Source of the DNA: Massalongia carnosa | Taxonomy: Eukaryota | Direction of reading: 5' to 3' | DNA: 64,000 bases | Assembly: GCA_965645245.1 (NCBI GenBank) | Contig: OZ287074.1 | Span: 1,302,001 to 1,366,000, forward strand | Shown: in pieces, positions 12,381 through 25,739 of the stretch | Layout of the letters: every line of letters begins with the position of its first letter | Numbering within the stretch: position 1 is the first letter of the stretch | The notes under the pieces: model-generated | What the model was told of the DNA's origin: nothing | The model's database searches: none | Seen by the model: the letters and a program-made list of their open reading frames with translations, nothing else | Translations under genes and position numbers: made by a program

Positions 12381-12831
12381 TAATAATTGTAGGTATTTCA
12401 TTTTATCATAACAACATAACAAACCACTCATCGGTCTTCAAGCGAAAACTCGCTGGCTGTATTTTTCATTATGCTTATTACTCACCAGATCTTCTTATGT
12501 TTATGGCTTAAACGATGAATATTGGTTTTTCAGCTACACGTCCTAGTCTGTCTGTTCTATGGCCAAGAAGATTTAGCGTTGTTTGTATTTCTTGGTTTGA
12601 TTGTTGTCCTTGCTTCTGCTCCGCTTTGTGAAAGTGTCTCAATCTAGATGCCATTGTGGTTAACCTGTTTTGTCTTCTTTGTATGTACTATGGGATCATT
12701 CAAAAATGATTCGTATCATGCATGCCTTTGTTGCTCTTGTTGCCTAGCATTGTGGTAGACAATATATAACCGGGCGAAATATAGATCCAATGTCTTCATA
12801 ATCTTCACGCAATCAAAACCAAACTTGAGCT

Positions 12832-13563
12832 ATGGATTTCCAAAACGGTATTCCATCGCAAAACGGAATCGACTCTTCAACTAAGAACAATAATGATGAG
12901 ATTCGTGACACTGTGGGTTTATTGATCATCGATCGGGATAATTTGAACGAAGAAGTTAAATACGCGAGGTCTACGATTCTTCAACTTGAAGAGCAGAACA
13001 AACAATTCGATCGTCTTCTCTGCGAATCGCAACTGAACCTGAAAATAGCCCTGTCGGTTAGGGAGATGCCTAAACCCAAATCTCCACTGGGTACGTCCTG
13101 GATAGGGGGTACATGGCTTTCTTCCTCCGCTGCCGCTCCACTTCTCGGCCCAGTGGAAGCCGCTTGGCAAAGTGGCCAAGCCCAAAGAGCTCTCATACTA
13201 CTGGGTCCAATTTTACAAGACGAAGTACTTCCCAGCAGCCAATATATCGAAGCAAAGCTCCTTTTGTCTGCTATTCTTAGATGTTCGGGAGATCCCAACC
13301 AATCTCTTCGTCACATTGAAGCTGCTCTGCAAATCGCTCTGGAAAAAGAACTGCATGAGCTGATAGGCAAGGCTCACTTTCATAGAGGACTCTGTTATCT
13401 CCACCTCGAGAGATATGCCGATGCTAGATGGTGCTTTGTATTGGGTGCGCATCTTAAAGGGCATGGGGAGATGATTGACGTCAACAGAGAGCACGCAGAG
13501 CTAAAGGCTCGAAACCTACCAGCAGGACACGTAGGCCGGACGCTCAATTTACGCGGTACTTGA
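12832..13563 (+). CDS. Hypothetical protein with coiled coil and TPR-like helical repeats, intronless
   Basis: 243-aa ATG ORF; TPR-like segment GKAHFHRGLCYLHLERYADARWCF. Confidence 0.7.
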   Translation: MDFQNGIPSQNGIDSSTKNNNDEIRDTVGLLIIDRDNLNEEVKYARSTILQLEEQNKQFDRLLCESQLNLKIALSVREMPKPKSPLGTSWIGGTWLSSSAAAPLLGPVEAAWQSGQAQRALILLGPILQDEVLPSSQYIEAKLLLSAILRCSGDPNQSLRHIEAALQIALEKELHELIGKAHFHRGLCYLHLERYADARWCFVLGAHLKGHGEMIDVNREHAELKARNLPAGHVGRTLNLRGT

Positions 13564-15968
13564 AGTGAGTTCTATATAACCTAACTTATAAGACCACATT
13601 GTTTAAAAATGTTGCCTCGTTCAGAAGATAGAAATACCGTACCATGCTTTCCTTGGTGGCAAAGCCCGTTTTGAGTTTAGTATGAATAGTTGATCATTAA
13701 GCATTGGTTATCGAATTTCCGTATCCGGAAGTTTTGGTCTTTCTTTGTGTGTTAGCTCTATAGGTTTACTTTGGATTTACATTCTTTCCTAAGCAAAGAT
13801 CCTTCTTTTGGGAGGACTATTAAGAGTCCATATCCCTCCTATAAAGATTCTTAATCTGGCTTAATGATACCATGTAATCTGCGTGCTTCTATTCACACTA
13901 TACTTGTGCATTATATATACCTAGTTATAAGCTGTCTCTATTTCTTCCCTACATTGCGTTCACAAGCTAAAGCTATGTCATTACTGAAAGAAGACCTCGA
14001 TACTCTTGTTCAATTAGCGGCTGCTGTTACTAACGATGTACCTTCATGGTTCTCTCGCATAGCTAATCCCGCCAAAAGCGTGTTTTAGCATGGAATTTGC
14101 ATCGCCAGACTCTTCACCATAGCTTTAGAACCCTCGGTTTACTAAACGTGTATTTAGCCGACAAGTCCGGCTTCGCGGCTTTTAACCCGCCGCTTTTCGC
14201 GAGAAACCCCGTTTCTATTATTTGCCCTTAAACTATAGTTTTATTTTTGGCTGTAGTTCCTCGTGGTTCGACCATTTCTCCTGAGTAGACTACACAAGGA
14301 TCATCGTCCTCGCTAACCCAATCCAAAAACCTAGCTTAAAGTCATCACGCTTACTTCCTCAAAGAAGATCGAGCTCACATCCAGCAGCATAATGCCCAAC
14401 CCTCAGAAACTGCCATCCGCCACCCGCAGCACCCCTTAATCACGCCTAGCCCTTCTGACTTACGGCACGCAATACCTCTACCCCTTCGCACTCCATCTCG
14501 GCATCTCTCGCTGCCCTCTCAAGCTCCTTGCCCTCTCGTTCTTCACCCTTGACCTCGTAAACCGCCATGTGCCCCGTCGTTCCTCCCCTGGTCCGCCCTC
14601 TGTTTTCATAGATCCCTCCAACCGACTATCCTGGAGCTGCGTCAACTGTTAAGCGAGGTATGTGAGGAAAAGACGGAAGGGGAGGAGAGCGGTAAAGGAG
14701 ATGAAGATAGAGTTAATGGTTCGGGATGTGAAAATGAGTGCGTTCAGGATGGGAAATGGTTGGAGGAGAAGATGGAAGAGGCGGAAGATCGAGATTGAGG
14801 TTTTGGTTTCGCAGGAATGTAGCAAGGGCGGAGCATCGCGAATGGAGACTCTAAAAGCAGGAGCGCGAGGTTGGCGATCGGGAAGGAAGCATCACTTACG
14901 TCAGCTTGTTAAGAGAATCCCGCGTCCGTGGAGATTGAAATGAAACTAGAGCCACGGAGAGGGGAGACTTGAAGCAGGTAGTTAGAAGATCTGTCTCTAT
15001 ATAAATATCCTTCGAAGAGCAGAAAAGGACGTTTCAGCAGGGTGATGGACGGAATAGGTATTTAGGTGGCAATGGGGTTTCGGAAGGGGCTAGTTGGGAA
15101 GGGTATTGAGGATAAGCACCTAGGTAGTGAAGATGTCGATGAGATTTATCTGCCCATCTTCATGATAGATACTGTTATCCGGTACCCCCACTTGGAGCTT
15201 TGGAGGTAGGGTGGGTAGGTGATTCGGTTGACGCTTTGTTTGTGGGGTTGGGGGAAAGAGAGATATAACCCGTTCTCAATGTGAAAATAATAGCAACAAT
15301 ATGAATTTATTGAACAAACGTGAACGGATTGCACAAGATATCGACGAGAACTTTGACGCTTTGTTGAAAAAGCATACAACCGTTCAATCCCTTTTTTTTC
15401 CTCCAACTAGCTGCTAACTAGGAAGCACGGGTTATCTATCGCATGTTGAAATCGTAGATGTAATAAATATTCAAGGATGACAAAAGCAATGAGGTCTGAA
15501 TGAACGTTGATAATGCTAGAAAAAGAAGCCAAATGAGATAACAACACCGGCTTTATTGAAAAGCTTATCAAATGCAAACGCTCTTTTTATTTCTTCAGCT
15601 GTATCGACGAATGTGGGTGAACTCATCGATGTATCTTTGGATCTAAATGCCTGGTTCTAGGTTTCGGTGACGTGGCTTTGTGGTGAGCTCTTTGCGCTTA
15701 GACGGTCGAGGTGGAGAAAGAGGAGGCTGCGCGAATGCAGGTTTTTGCATCTGATTCTCTGAAAGAATTATAGCTCATTGCCCACGGTACGGAACTTGCC
15801 CATAGGGCTAAAGGAGAGTGATTTGCACTCATCAAGCAACAATTTTGGTTGCTGCACTTAGCGTCAAAGCGCTAAGAAACACGTAATTAGGTGTAAACCC
15901 AATTTAAGGTATTCATCTGCAAAGAAGAATCCTAAAAAGATTGCGAGGACTCGGCCACCCGATTGCCT

Positions 15969-17027
15969 TCAAAGCATCTTCGCTCCTTCTTTTAAGGGCT
16001 TGAAGATTTTTGTCCAGAGCTCGGTCGCTTCACCTACGTAATATGTAAGACTAACGTCGGCCATGCTGGCGGTCGGCCCGCCGGCGAGGGTCTCAAGCTG
16101 AGAGATAATGTTCTCCAGGCCGAAGGCTTTTCCCGTAGCTTGAGTGAAGCCGGCTTCGAGCATGGCGTGAACGACGTGAATGTGGAAATGATAATATGTT
16201 GGTTGATCTGGATTCAGGTATTAGCCCTTGTATCATGCAGCGCCATAGGGTGGAAGGTTGCTACTCACAGTGCACGTATAGCTTCATCATATCTCGCTCA
16301 ATATCCGGGTACAGGTTCACAACTGCATCGAGGATTTTTTCTCGCATATGCTCTAACCATCCAACATGGTTTTTTTCTAAGTCTCGCAGGCTCCATATGT
16401 CTCTCCTATCCACCAGACCTAACAGATGCAAGCTTGTGACCGTCTTTCGGTCCCAATTCAAATCAGGCAAGAGCAGAAATCCATCATCTGGGTTTATGCC
16501 TTGACCCGGATCGCGCAACAGGACATCCTCCTGTTCCGTGCGCCCTTCGAGGATATTGAAAACCCAGTTCAAGCGGCCCTCATCTCTTTTATTCTGCATA
16601 TAAGGCCTCACATGGCTCCTATAGATTTCCGGCGTCTCGGTCACCATTCGAACGAGTTGTGGGGAATATTTCTTGATGTGCTGTTCGGTGCAGGGGTAGA
16701 TGAGATTCACTTTCAGATCTGGAACGCTGGCAGCTGCCTGACCGGACGAGGCAAGATACCAACGGTATATGTCATTATCGCCAAGGTTCTTAATATTAGC
16801 AAGGGCCGAGTGAAAGGTCTCCAGCGTTTTGACATCGTTGGGAAATGCAGCTCTTTCGGCAATGAGAAGAGCTGGAGAGCTGTCAATGGTGCCAAGGAGC
16901 GTGATCCGACGGCCGCCTTGATCTGTACGATCTGTAAGGATTGACGAGAGAAAATAAAGGCTTAAGCACCTTGATTCAACACTTTGCCTAGCTTAAAGCG
17001 TGGGATGAGAGCTTCCGCTGCCGTCAT
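15969..17027 (-). CDS. DCS1: m7GpppX diphosphatase (scavenger decapping enzyme, HIT family)
   Basis: LIYPCTEQHIKKYS, LNWVFNILEG, FLLLPDLNWD, SLRDL, and spliced HYQPTYYHFHIHVV HIT motif; start codon position approximate. Confidence 0.92.
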
Positions 17028-17369
17028 AACTACCAGTATTTGTTTGTTGCTTCTACCTTCTGTCGGATTTTGGGGCGTCACCGTCACTTTCAGTCAAACG
17101 ACAAGGGGCACTTCGTGGAGATAAAAGAGAGTGAAGAGTAACACAAGTTGCAGCAGAATTTAAATGGAATCTGCAAAGGCTCTTATGAGCGAGTCGACCG
17201 ATCGAAAGTGCGTGACACGAATAGTCGACATCCTCAGCCAAGTAGAAGATGTATGTATTAATTACATACACTAGCGTTTGAAGCTCACGTAACTTATTCA
17301 TCTTTTAGAGAGCTTCATATTTGTGACTTGAACGCAATTTGATCAACAACTTTCCGAAACGCTATCACA

Positions 17370-18634
17370 ATGCCCAGAACCATACCGTGGCTAAAAAACG
17401 AAGCCAAGCCGACAGTAAGACTTGCCCATATAAAGCCAGCAAAGAAGCTAAATGCCCTCAACTCCGACTCCGATACCAATCCAGCTCTTCTGCCCAGCAA
17501 AACAGATTCAAGGCGCGCAACTCTCCAGAGGCCAGGTTCATAGTCCCCACCTAGAAGTGTGAACCAGAATCTAATGTCATGGCAGTGCGGACGCCCTCTA
17601 CCTCTCCTCCACCAGCCCCACCAACCGAAGAGTGCCCCCCCTCTCTATGCCCCTTCTACAACTTTCAGAAACTAAATCCCCACTTTAGATTTATGTACCC
17701 TGGCTTTGATCGCGATGATATTTACATAATGGTGGAGGATGAATTCTACGCCGTAGCCAAAACATTCACCCAGCACCTCCATCACGCCGAATACGTGCGC
17801 CTCAAATCCCTGGCCAAAGAGCGCGTGGCCGCCTCCACATCCGCCACCTCATACACCAACACCATAACCCGCCCAATTGACTCTATCACAAAAATGCGTG
17901 CCGAGACTAAAAAGCGCAAGGACGCCGAGGTCCGCGACGCGCGCACCAAGTCAGCGCTACAGCAGCTCCGCAACCCGGCGGGAGTGCCGCGGCAGAAATC
18001 CTCAAGTAGCGATTCCGAGGGATTTTTGGATGTAGACGATGACGGAGCGCATTGGAAGGGAACCGCACTGCAGGGACTCATGAGCAGAGGGCCGCAAAAC
18101 CAACATACCTCCCTAATAGGCCTGCAAGGCGTCAAATCGAGCACTCGAGCCGCGGCCGGGTATTCAAAAGCACAAAACCATAATCGACCAGCGAATAACC
18201 CTGCCATTAAAACATTCGACCTGGCTCCCAAACCTCCAGCGAAGGAAGAGCGGAAACGACGCCTTCCCGAGACTACGGAACCGTCCACGGACGAGGGATC
18301 GGACACTGACGATCTGGATGCTCCAGTATCGAGACGGCCCGCTTCCAAACCAGCAGCGGAGCCCCCGCCTTCTCTCTCTTATCGCCCACCACCTCGCTCC
18401 ACTAAACCTCCCTCCTTAACCAGAACCATCCACCTCCCCCATCCGCTCCCTACCAAACCGTCCAAACTTTCACCCCAATCCAAAAGCCCTCCTAGCCGCC
18501 AACCTTTCCTCCATCAAACCGAAGCCGCGCGTCGGCGGCGCATGAAAGCTCGGCTGGCAAGGGAACAGGAGGAGCTGCGCAACAAGGGAGGAGTTGGTGG
18601 GGACGTGGATGAGATTCCGGTGTTTCTAGTTTGA
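17370..18634 (+). CDS. Hypothetical fungal protein, multi-exon
   Basis: First exon MPRTIPWL; folded-looking core DDIYIMVEDEFYAVAKTFTQHLHHAEY; low-complexity tail ending DEIPVFLV*. Confidence 0.75.
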
Positions 18635-19337
18635 GGAGCTCTGTCTTATGGGAGTGGGGTTTAACTGGGGAGGTTTTACAAAAAATAAGTTAATAAAAAC
18701 AGACAACCCTATTTACCTCCTTCCACCTCCCTCCCTATCCATCCATCCATCCATCCATTCAATCTTGTCCCCCAACACTTTCTTCTTCTCCCCACCCAGC
18801 CCATCCTCCCTCCCCCATCCGGGTCTCCATCCCCTCATTTAACCCAAATATCTAAAGTTCCTATTGGTTGGCTGGGTGGTTGGATAGTTGATTGGATGAT
18901 TGCTGCTAATGGATTGCTTATTATTGATTATCGATTATCTATTTAATTAATCCTCCTTCCTCCCCGGGGAAAAACGACGAAAGGCATGATGATATAAAAT
19001 AGAAAAAGAAAAGAGAACAAGGGCAGAAGGGGGGATTATTTGAGGAATCGAGTAATGAATGCAGAGCCCAGCAGAGCAGAGCAGAACCAGTTTCAGAAAG
19101 AGAGAGAGGAAGTGATAGAAGAAAGTTTTAACGAAAAAATATATTAATCTCCTTCCTCTCCCGTCCATTACTTTTTACGCACTAGAATTAAAAACGAAAT
19201 AAACAAAGAGACGTCCTCTATGTCCATCCAACCAATTCTGACCATCTCCCCTTAGAGTCGATCTTCAAACAAAATAACTCGTTCTGTCTCCCCCCCTTCT
19301 CTCTCTCACTCTTACTCTCAAACCCTCCCTCCAAAAT

Positions 19338-21059
19338 TTATAGCCCCTTCATCCCTCTCCTCAACCCCGCCTTCGCGATTCCAGGCTCCTCGCACAGTAG
19401 CCCAGAAAGCAAAGCGAAGCGATTGTTCGGGTCGAGACCTTCTTGCACACTAGTAGGTCGGGTGGTGATTAGGGCGCGCGCGCGCGCGCAAGGGTGTGGG
19501 GGGGCGGTGGCGAGGGTGGAACGGTAGGAAAAAAAGTCGGATGGGGTGGTAGGGATCGAGGCGGTGTTCTCGGTAATGGTAACCGTTGGAGAAGGTTTTG
19601 CGAAAGGGAAGAATGTTATTGGATGTAGCGGAGGAAAGTCGATGAGGTAATTCGGAGGGCGATTTGGAGCTATTGTGTTGGCCTTGGCGTTGGTGTTGGT
19701 GGGAAGAAGGCGCAAGTTCAGGGCGGAACGGAAAAAGGGACGGTACCGTCTGGGGGGTGATGACGGGGACGAATGGTCACGAGGGAGGTGTCGCGTATCC
19801 TTGACACCGACCCAGGGACTTGCGTATTCTTTTTTGGGGAGAGCCAGGCCTCGGGTGGTGCTAGGGGTGTAATGAGGTTCTTCGTAATTGATGCTCTGGC
19901 TAAAGGGTTTTTGGACGGCGCCAAATACAGGGGTATTATCGAGCCTTGTCTCCCAGTCAGCAACGCGCCGTTTGCAGTACTGATCGGGACTGTTTATCAG
20001 CCTAAGAGACGCATTCGGATCGACCATGAAATCGTCGTTGTAATCCTCGATCATTAGCAATGGCGGGGTTCCTACATCCGTGTCAAATTCGGAGAACCGG
20101 GTAGCGCCTTCTTCCCTGCCATAGTTATCGAGCTCGCTGCTGATGCCCGCTTCGCTTTCAGAGTCTTCCTCAATTTCCTCTAGCTTAGTGCCGGTTTGCC
20201 AGTCCCAGAGCTGGTTGTTGCGTACCATGACATTGTACGTGCGGCGATTGACGTAGCGCCAATACCCTACCATGCGGGCCATAGTTTCCCGGTTTTCGTT
20301 CTCAACGTCGTTGAGGTCTTTTTCGATGGCGTGTCTGAGGCGAGTGAATGTGTTTTGGCGTTCTTTGCTCTTGCCACTACTGGAGGCCAAGATCCCAAGT
20401 TTTCGCAGGATAGCTTGTAGATGGGAGCTGTCGAGGGTAGTGCAGGAGTTGTGAGCGTGGAGTTTATATTGCCTGGCAATTTTTTTACTCCGGATGGTTG
20501 AGCGAAGAGAGGCATATTTGCAGGTATTAGGGTTGAACGCGATGTTCGTGGCTATGGTAAGATTGTTCATGAGTCTGATAATACCTTCGACATCGTCGCC
20601 CTTGTTGCCTGAAGTTGTTTGAATCGGATGTAAAGCTTCTTGGATCCTGTCAAGTTCTCCGGCGGTGATTATTCCAAAGTTATTCTGGTGCTTCACAAAC
20701 TTCCCTTGCCCCTTCACTAACTTCGCGGCACTCAAGGCCTCCCTTTTGTTTGCCATAGCCAAGCCCTGGAAGTCCATGTCATCTTCAAATAAAGTACTAG
20801 TGTCGGCCCAATCGACCTCTTCATCCCCTTGTTTGCTGTGATCATTATCAGGCTTTAATGATTTAAATCCGGCACGTTTCCTGATTTTCCTTTTCTTACT
20901 TTGCAGCGGTCTCGCGTCTTCTTCGGTGGCTTTATCCAATAGCAAAAGCCTGCGTGTCAGTTGGGCAATCTCTCGATGTCTTTTATCATGGAGCTCGATG
21001 CTTTTTCGACACCTACTTACGTCAGCGTCTTTCTGTATGGGAATCCAATACTTCCACAT
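19338..21059 (-). CDS. Hypothetical protein (5' exon structure uncertain)
   Basis: 573-aa ORF with block ENENRETMARMVGYWRYVNRRTYNVMVRNNQLWDWQTG; splice signals upstream near 21.0-21.2 kb. Confidence 0.7.
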   Translation of the reverse strand: MWKYWIPIQKDADVSRCRKSIELHDKRHREIAQLTRRLLLLDKATEEDARPLQSKKRKIRKRAGFKSLKPDNDHSKQGDEEVDWADTSTLFEDDMDFQGLAMANKREALSAAKLVKGQGKFVKHQNNFGIITAGELDRIQEALHPIQTTSGNKGDDVEGIIRLMNNLTIATNIAFNPNTCKYASLRSTIRSKKIARQYKLHAHNSCTTLDSSHLQAILRKLGILASSSGKSKERQNTFTRLRHAIEKDLNDVENENRETMARMVGYWRYVNRRTYNVMVRNNQLWDWQTGTKLEEIEEDSESEAGISSELDNYGREEGATRFSEFDTDVGTPPLLMIEDYNDDFMVDPNASLRLINSPDQYCKRRVADWETRLDNTPVFGAVQKPFSQSINYEEPHYTPSTTRGLALPKKEYASPWVGVKDTRHLPRDHSSPSSPPRRYRPFFRSALNLRLLPTNTNAKANTIAPNRPPNYLIDFPPLHPITFFPFAKPSPTVTITENTASIPTTPSDFFSYRSTLATAPPHPCARARALITTRPTSVQEGLDPNNRFALLSGLLCEEPGIAKAGLRRGMKGL

Positions 21060-22581
21060 ACGCGTCGCATCTGTGGGAGTTGCCTGATAGCAAACAGGTG
21101 AGCACCACCATCAGCGGTAGGAAAATGACGACACCTACCTGGGTAGAAGAGAGTCTTGTGGTATTTGGAGCATACTTCTTCATGATTGCCAAAACATGTC
21201 TTCTTTGCGCGCGGGCTAGACAAGACAGTACCGCAGGTACCACATTTATGGTCTATATTCGTATAGTAAACCTTCGATTAGCAACGCAGCGATATTACAC
21301 AAGGGAAGTGATCGTACCTAAGCCATGGTTATTACTCTAGACATGTCAGTATTGACCTTCGACGGAGCTGGCTTACAGTTTTTTTTTTTCTGATAAAAAT
21401 CATACCTCCCATTTGTATAGCAGCTCGATTGGCATCTTGTTGAGTTATCCACGAAGCTGGACTGTCTGGCAAAACTTTTAAGAGCGCAGCGCCTAAAAAA
21501 AGGTAAGGTATACAAGATTATGCGTATTATGGCGGATGAAAGTAAGAGCAGCGAGATTTTGCGTTGCTAAGGTTATTGTGGATGAAGATGGGTGGCTGAA
21601 TGGTTTGGAACTCAGGGGGAGATAAGAATAGTGTTTACACAAATACGCGTAGCACAACCACACAACAACCAGTGAACGTGTCGACAAGGAACAATCCGTA
21701 TTGATGAAGGGAACATGTCACTCCATAACTCCAGGCACGATAGTTCTCTGGGATGAGCCACACCAGCTAGAACACTAATAACTTGATCTTCTGTCTTCGG
21801 CTTCCTTATCAAGCAGTTGATGACCCTCCTAAAAAGATATTTTCACGGGATATTTCTGGCAGTCATCAAATTCACCTGGGGGTTTTAGTTGTACCGTCTA
21901 CGCAGAACCGCTTATTGAAGTCGTGACCAGCCATGCATAGACAGGGTGGTTTGGCCGGAAGAGACTCGTGTCGACGACGGCTAACTTGATCAGTAGATCT
22001 AAGGTCCAAACTAAATGCGTACCAAAACGGCAGAGGTATCCGTCAGTCAAGGGCCAAAGATGAGGGCTCGTGGTTTGCCCCTTGAGTCTTGCTGGAGGTC
22101 TTGCAGGCAAGCGTTGTGATTGAAGAAAAGCGATATGGCTAAATCGATTGTCCGTATACATTCTAAGGTCAAAATGTTTTAAAACAAAAACCATGTGCGG
22201 TCCGCATCCGTCTGCAACAAGAGCGTTCTAGACTTTTACTCGACGAAGATTCCTATGTTCAAATGCCCATCAAGGCGAAACCTTAAGAAAGTATTTATGT
22301 CGGCCTGTAAACGGAACAGGAGGAGGAATAATCCTATATAGATGACTAGCTAAAAAACCAAATGTAAATACAGATATTGGAATACCCAACGAAAAGGAAA
22401 GATTTGAAGATTTTTAATAGGCAAAATGTGAAATTAATGAGTGGAATGGAAAATTGTTCGAAGGAAGAAAAATCACCTTGCATATCATATCGCATTAGAG
22501 TTCATTCAATATCCTCGAAAATCCCAAGAAAACTATTTTGAGGGCTTGTTGAAAGCTCCCAGTGTGAGGTTACTCACGAAG

Positions 22582-25500
22582 CTATAGCGTGGATTTGGAG
22601 TCGCGAACAAGGCGCGCCCCTACCCAGGGGAATAGGTAATTGCGCTGGTACCAATTGACGCTGAAAAATTAGCGTTTTCGAAATCCATACGTCTCTCAAC
22701 CTCAAACTTACAACGTTTTTCGTCCAGCAATTCGAGGGTGAGTTGCCCATGACCCGCCAAGCGTTATGTTGTGCTTGCCATCGAAGAAGTCGGCTATCAG
22801 GTGTAAGCTTTACCGAATAAAGACAAATCAACAATTAAGAATTCCCACCTGTATAGCCTGGATACAACTCCATCGGCCGAAATCCTTCTTGTGCTTCCAG
22901 AACTGTGCTCGTCCATTCCCACACACCACCCATTTCACAGCGACCAGATAACTTGTTGCCATTTTGGGTCACAGGCGTAGGATGGTAGTGTTTGAAACCC
23001 ACATTGCAGCCTTCGAGATTAGCGAATACCTGATACGGACTTGAGGACTTCTCAGCATCGCAAGAGTTGTCACGATAACGTTGAGATGGAGGCGATTCTT
23101 CAACGCCATTATTGGATAAATGTCTACTGAGCATCAGAACTCGAACATATGTTTAACTCAAAAACGTCATACCCATTAACAGCAGAAATGGTTCTTGTCT
23201 GCACTCCTTCTGCTTCTTTGTTTTTCAGCAAGTCGACATAACTGTAAATGCTCCAAACTTCCTCTGCATTAGGAATTCTTCCTCCCATCCACTTGGCGCA
23301 TCCGGCAAGCTCATCATATGACGCCATCACTGGCCAATCCAAAGCGTACTTTAATGGGATTTTCCCATACACAGTTTTCACGAATTTACCCTTTATATAA
23401 GAATCCGTTAATCGCTCACTGTAGCCGTTCATGTAGATGTTGTTAGTCCCTGCGGGCTGGTTATCTGATTGTTCAGCAGAGCCCACGTTGCTCTCCTCAA
23501 TAGATGTAGTCCAAATGGCAGGCAGGGTCTGCTGGTCAACATGCGCAAGATAACGTGCAAAATCTTCGTTGGTAATAGGTCTAGCCTTTGCCTCGAAAGC
23601 GGACACAATCGCTTGACGCTGTGGTGTCTCATTATCCCAGCCAAAATGATTATCAGAGCCAGAGTCAATCCCTAAATCATCTAGACCGAGGTTCAAATTT
23701 TGGGTAGGTATTTGAAACCACTCGTTCGGCACCCTATCCCTGCGTGCTCGTTCCGACAACGATGCAAAGTCCGGAGTAGTACCTGGGGGTGGAAGGGTTT
23801 TGTCACTTTGCACAAGCATATATAACAGCGTTTCCAAATGCATGGCTTTCACGGAATGACCATTAGTCAAACTCGAGTCAGCTATCAAAGCCTAGATAAC
23901 TTACCCTCATGTTCAAAGCAAAGCCATAACGAACGTCCTAAGCGCCGATTCGTTGTGGCAATGTTATCCGCAAAAAGCAACCGGACCTTCTCTCTGACTC
24001 GGTTTTGAAAGGAAAGGATTTCTTCCAATGAGGGCCAAGTATCCGGAATTTGGCTATGTGCATGGCAGTGCTCCGGATTATCCACGTCAGGGTCGATTCC
24101 CCGCTCAAAAATGTTACGAAAGTAGGTGGGTTTGGTTGGTGACCCTTTAATCGCTTTCGTGATGTGGATGTCCAGAAATGTAGGTATGTGTCCAATGTAG
24201 AAGATGCAGCAGTTTCGCAGTTTAATCGGTTTAGACAATAGCTCTTCTTCGGGGATCATCTGTCTTGTAACTATATCCCATGCTGCCCAGAGCTGTCGAA
24301 ACTCCTGAAAGGATGGAACAGACGTAGGAGCATAACTCTCCACGTCAAGAGGATATGATATTGTTGGAACGGAGAGTACATGTAGATCTACATCCATATG
24401 GTAAGTTCCAACAGGCTGTACCAATGAGCAGAGCAGAAATTATCAAACATCTTCCAACGGGAAGGAATATTGAGCCTAAGGTCATGATAAAAGTATTTAT
24501 AAGCCTTAAAGAGAGTGGATTTGGATTTTAGAAGGAAGTACATGGCAGAAAACCGACTGAAATGGAGGGAAAACTTCGATGCCAAAGTCTGCTTTCAAGG
24601 CCTTGCACCTCCTCCTCATGGGCTAATGTTGCTGGAAAGCAATTTTTGAAAATGCAACTTACGGTAGTCATCGTGAGCATTTTGGAATACAGCTTGCACG
24701 AAAAGGCCAGCTTCCTGCCACAGCTTGTTACTTTGAATTCTTGAATACTTATAGCTTTCCTCGATCAGGATCTTTTCTCCAGTTCTAACATAAACCCCGT
24801 CTATCATGACATCTGTGTTAGCGACGCAGAATGCCTGATGTCGTCCTGCAACCTCATCAAACTCCCCGATGATGTCCCAAACATCTTGTTTGAAGATGTC
24901 TTCATCAAGAAGGGCATTGGCATGGGCCAGACCATTCATATAGAATTCGCGAGTCTTCTCTTCCCTATCATTATATGCATGGTAAACTCTATTTTTGTCT
25001 TGACAGGCATCTAAACCGATCAATATTCTACCGTTTGGACCCAAGACATTCGCGAAGCTTTTGAGGAACCCAGCTGCTGCGGCTGGAGAAAAGTTGCCGA
25101 TAGACGTGCCCAACGAAATGACGAAAGTAGGGTATCCCGCATTCTTTGGCTCCTTCAGCCAGGCCAGCCCATCATCGTAAGTCCCATGAAGGCCTCGCAA
25201 TTTCACGTGTCGGTATTCAGCCTGCCCAGCAATTGAGAGCGTCCGCTTTAGCTCTGAAAGCGAGAGATCCAATGCGTAGTATTCAACGTTCTTTTCGGCT
25301 CTTTCCAACGCTTGTAGCAAAACATTGATTTTGCGGAGATTTCTGTTCTGCAATCAGCAATACGATTTCCACCTTTCCCCTGAAATCTTCTAGGGTCTCA
25401 AGGCCGTCAATCACGGTCTTCTTAGACTTAAAAGATTTGCGCGTACCCACTTCCCAGTTCTAGTATCCTAGAACCTGGACTGATTACTTTCGCTATATCG

Positions 25501-25739
25501 TCCGCATGGCTCTTAAGCACCTCGATTTCAGCATTAGTTAGATAATACTCATCTAAATATGTTATATCCTCGAATAGCTTTAACCCTTGCTCATCGTACA
25601 GTATCATCGTTGGGAGTTGCTTCTGCAATCCTGGACTTAGGCGTAGCATCGCATATATGTCGTTGCGGAGAGAAGCCCCAAAATCATTCCGGCAAATGTC
25701 TATGATCAATGTATCGCTGTGGCCATTTAGAAGCTTCAT
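22582..25739 (-). CDS. EGT1: Ergothioneine biosynthesis protein 1 (histidine trimethyltransferase fused to hercynylcysteine sulfoxide synthase)
   Basis: Methyltransferase motifs LYDEQGLKLFEDITYLDEYYLT, ELGSG, LGTSIGNF; DinB-like GHIPTF and FEHE/AMHLE iron ligands; FGE-sulfatase motifs GWDNE, GGVWEWT, NWYQRNY. Confidence 0.95.

Noticed and set aside
14350..14945. Minus-strand exon-like segments with GTAAGT donors (SVGGIYENRG...EVLRA / FLRVGHYAAGCELDLL*)
   Set aside because: No start codon or consistent full frame could be assembled; may be a spliced non-coding or decayed gene.
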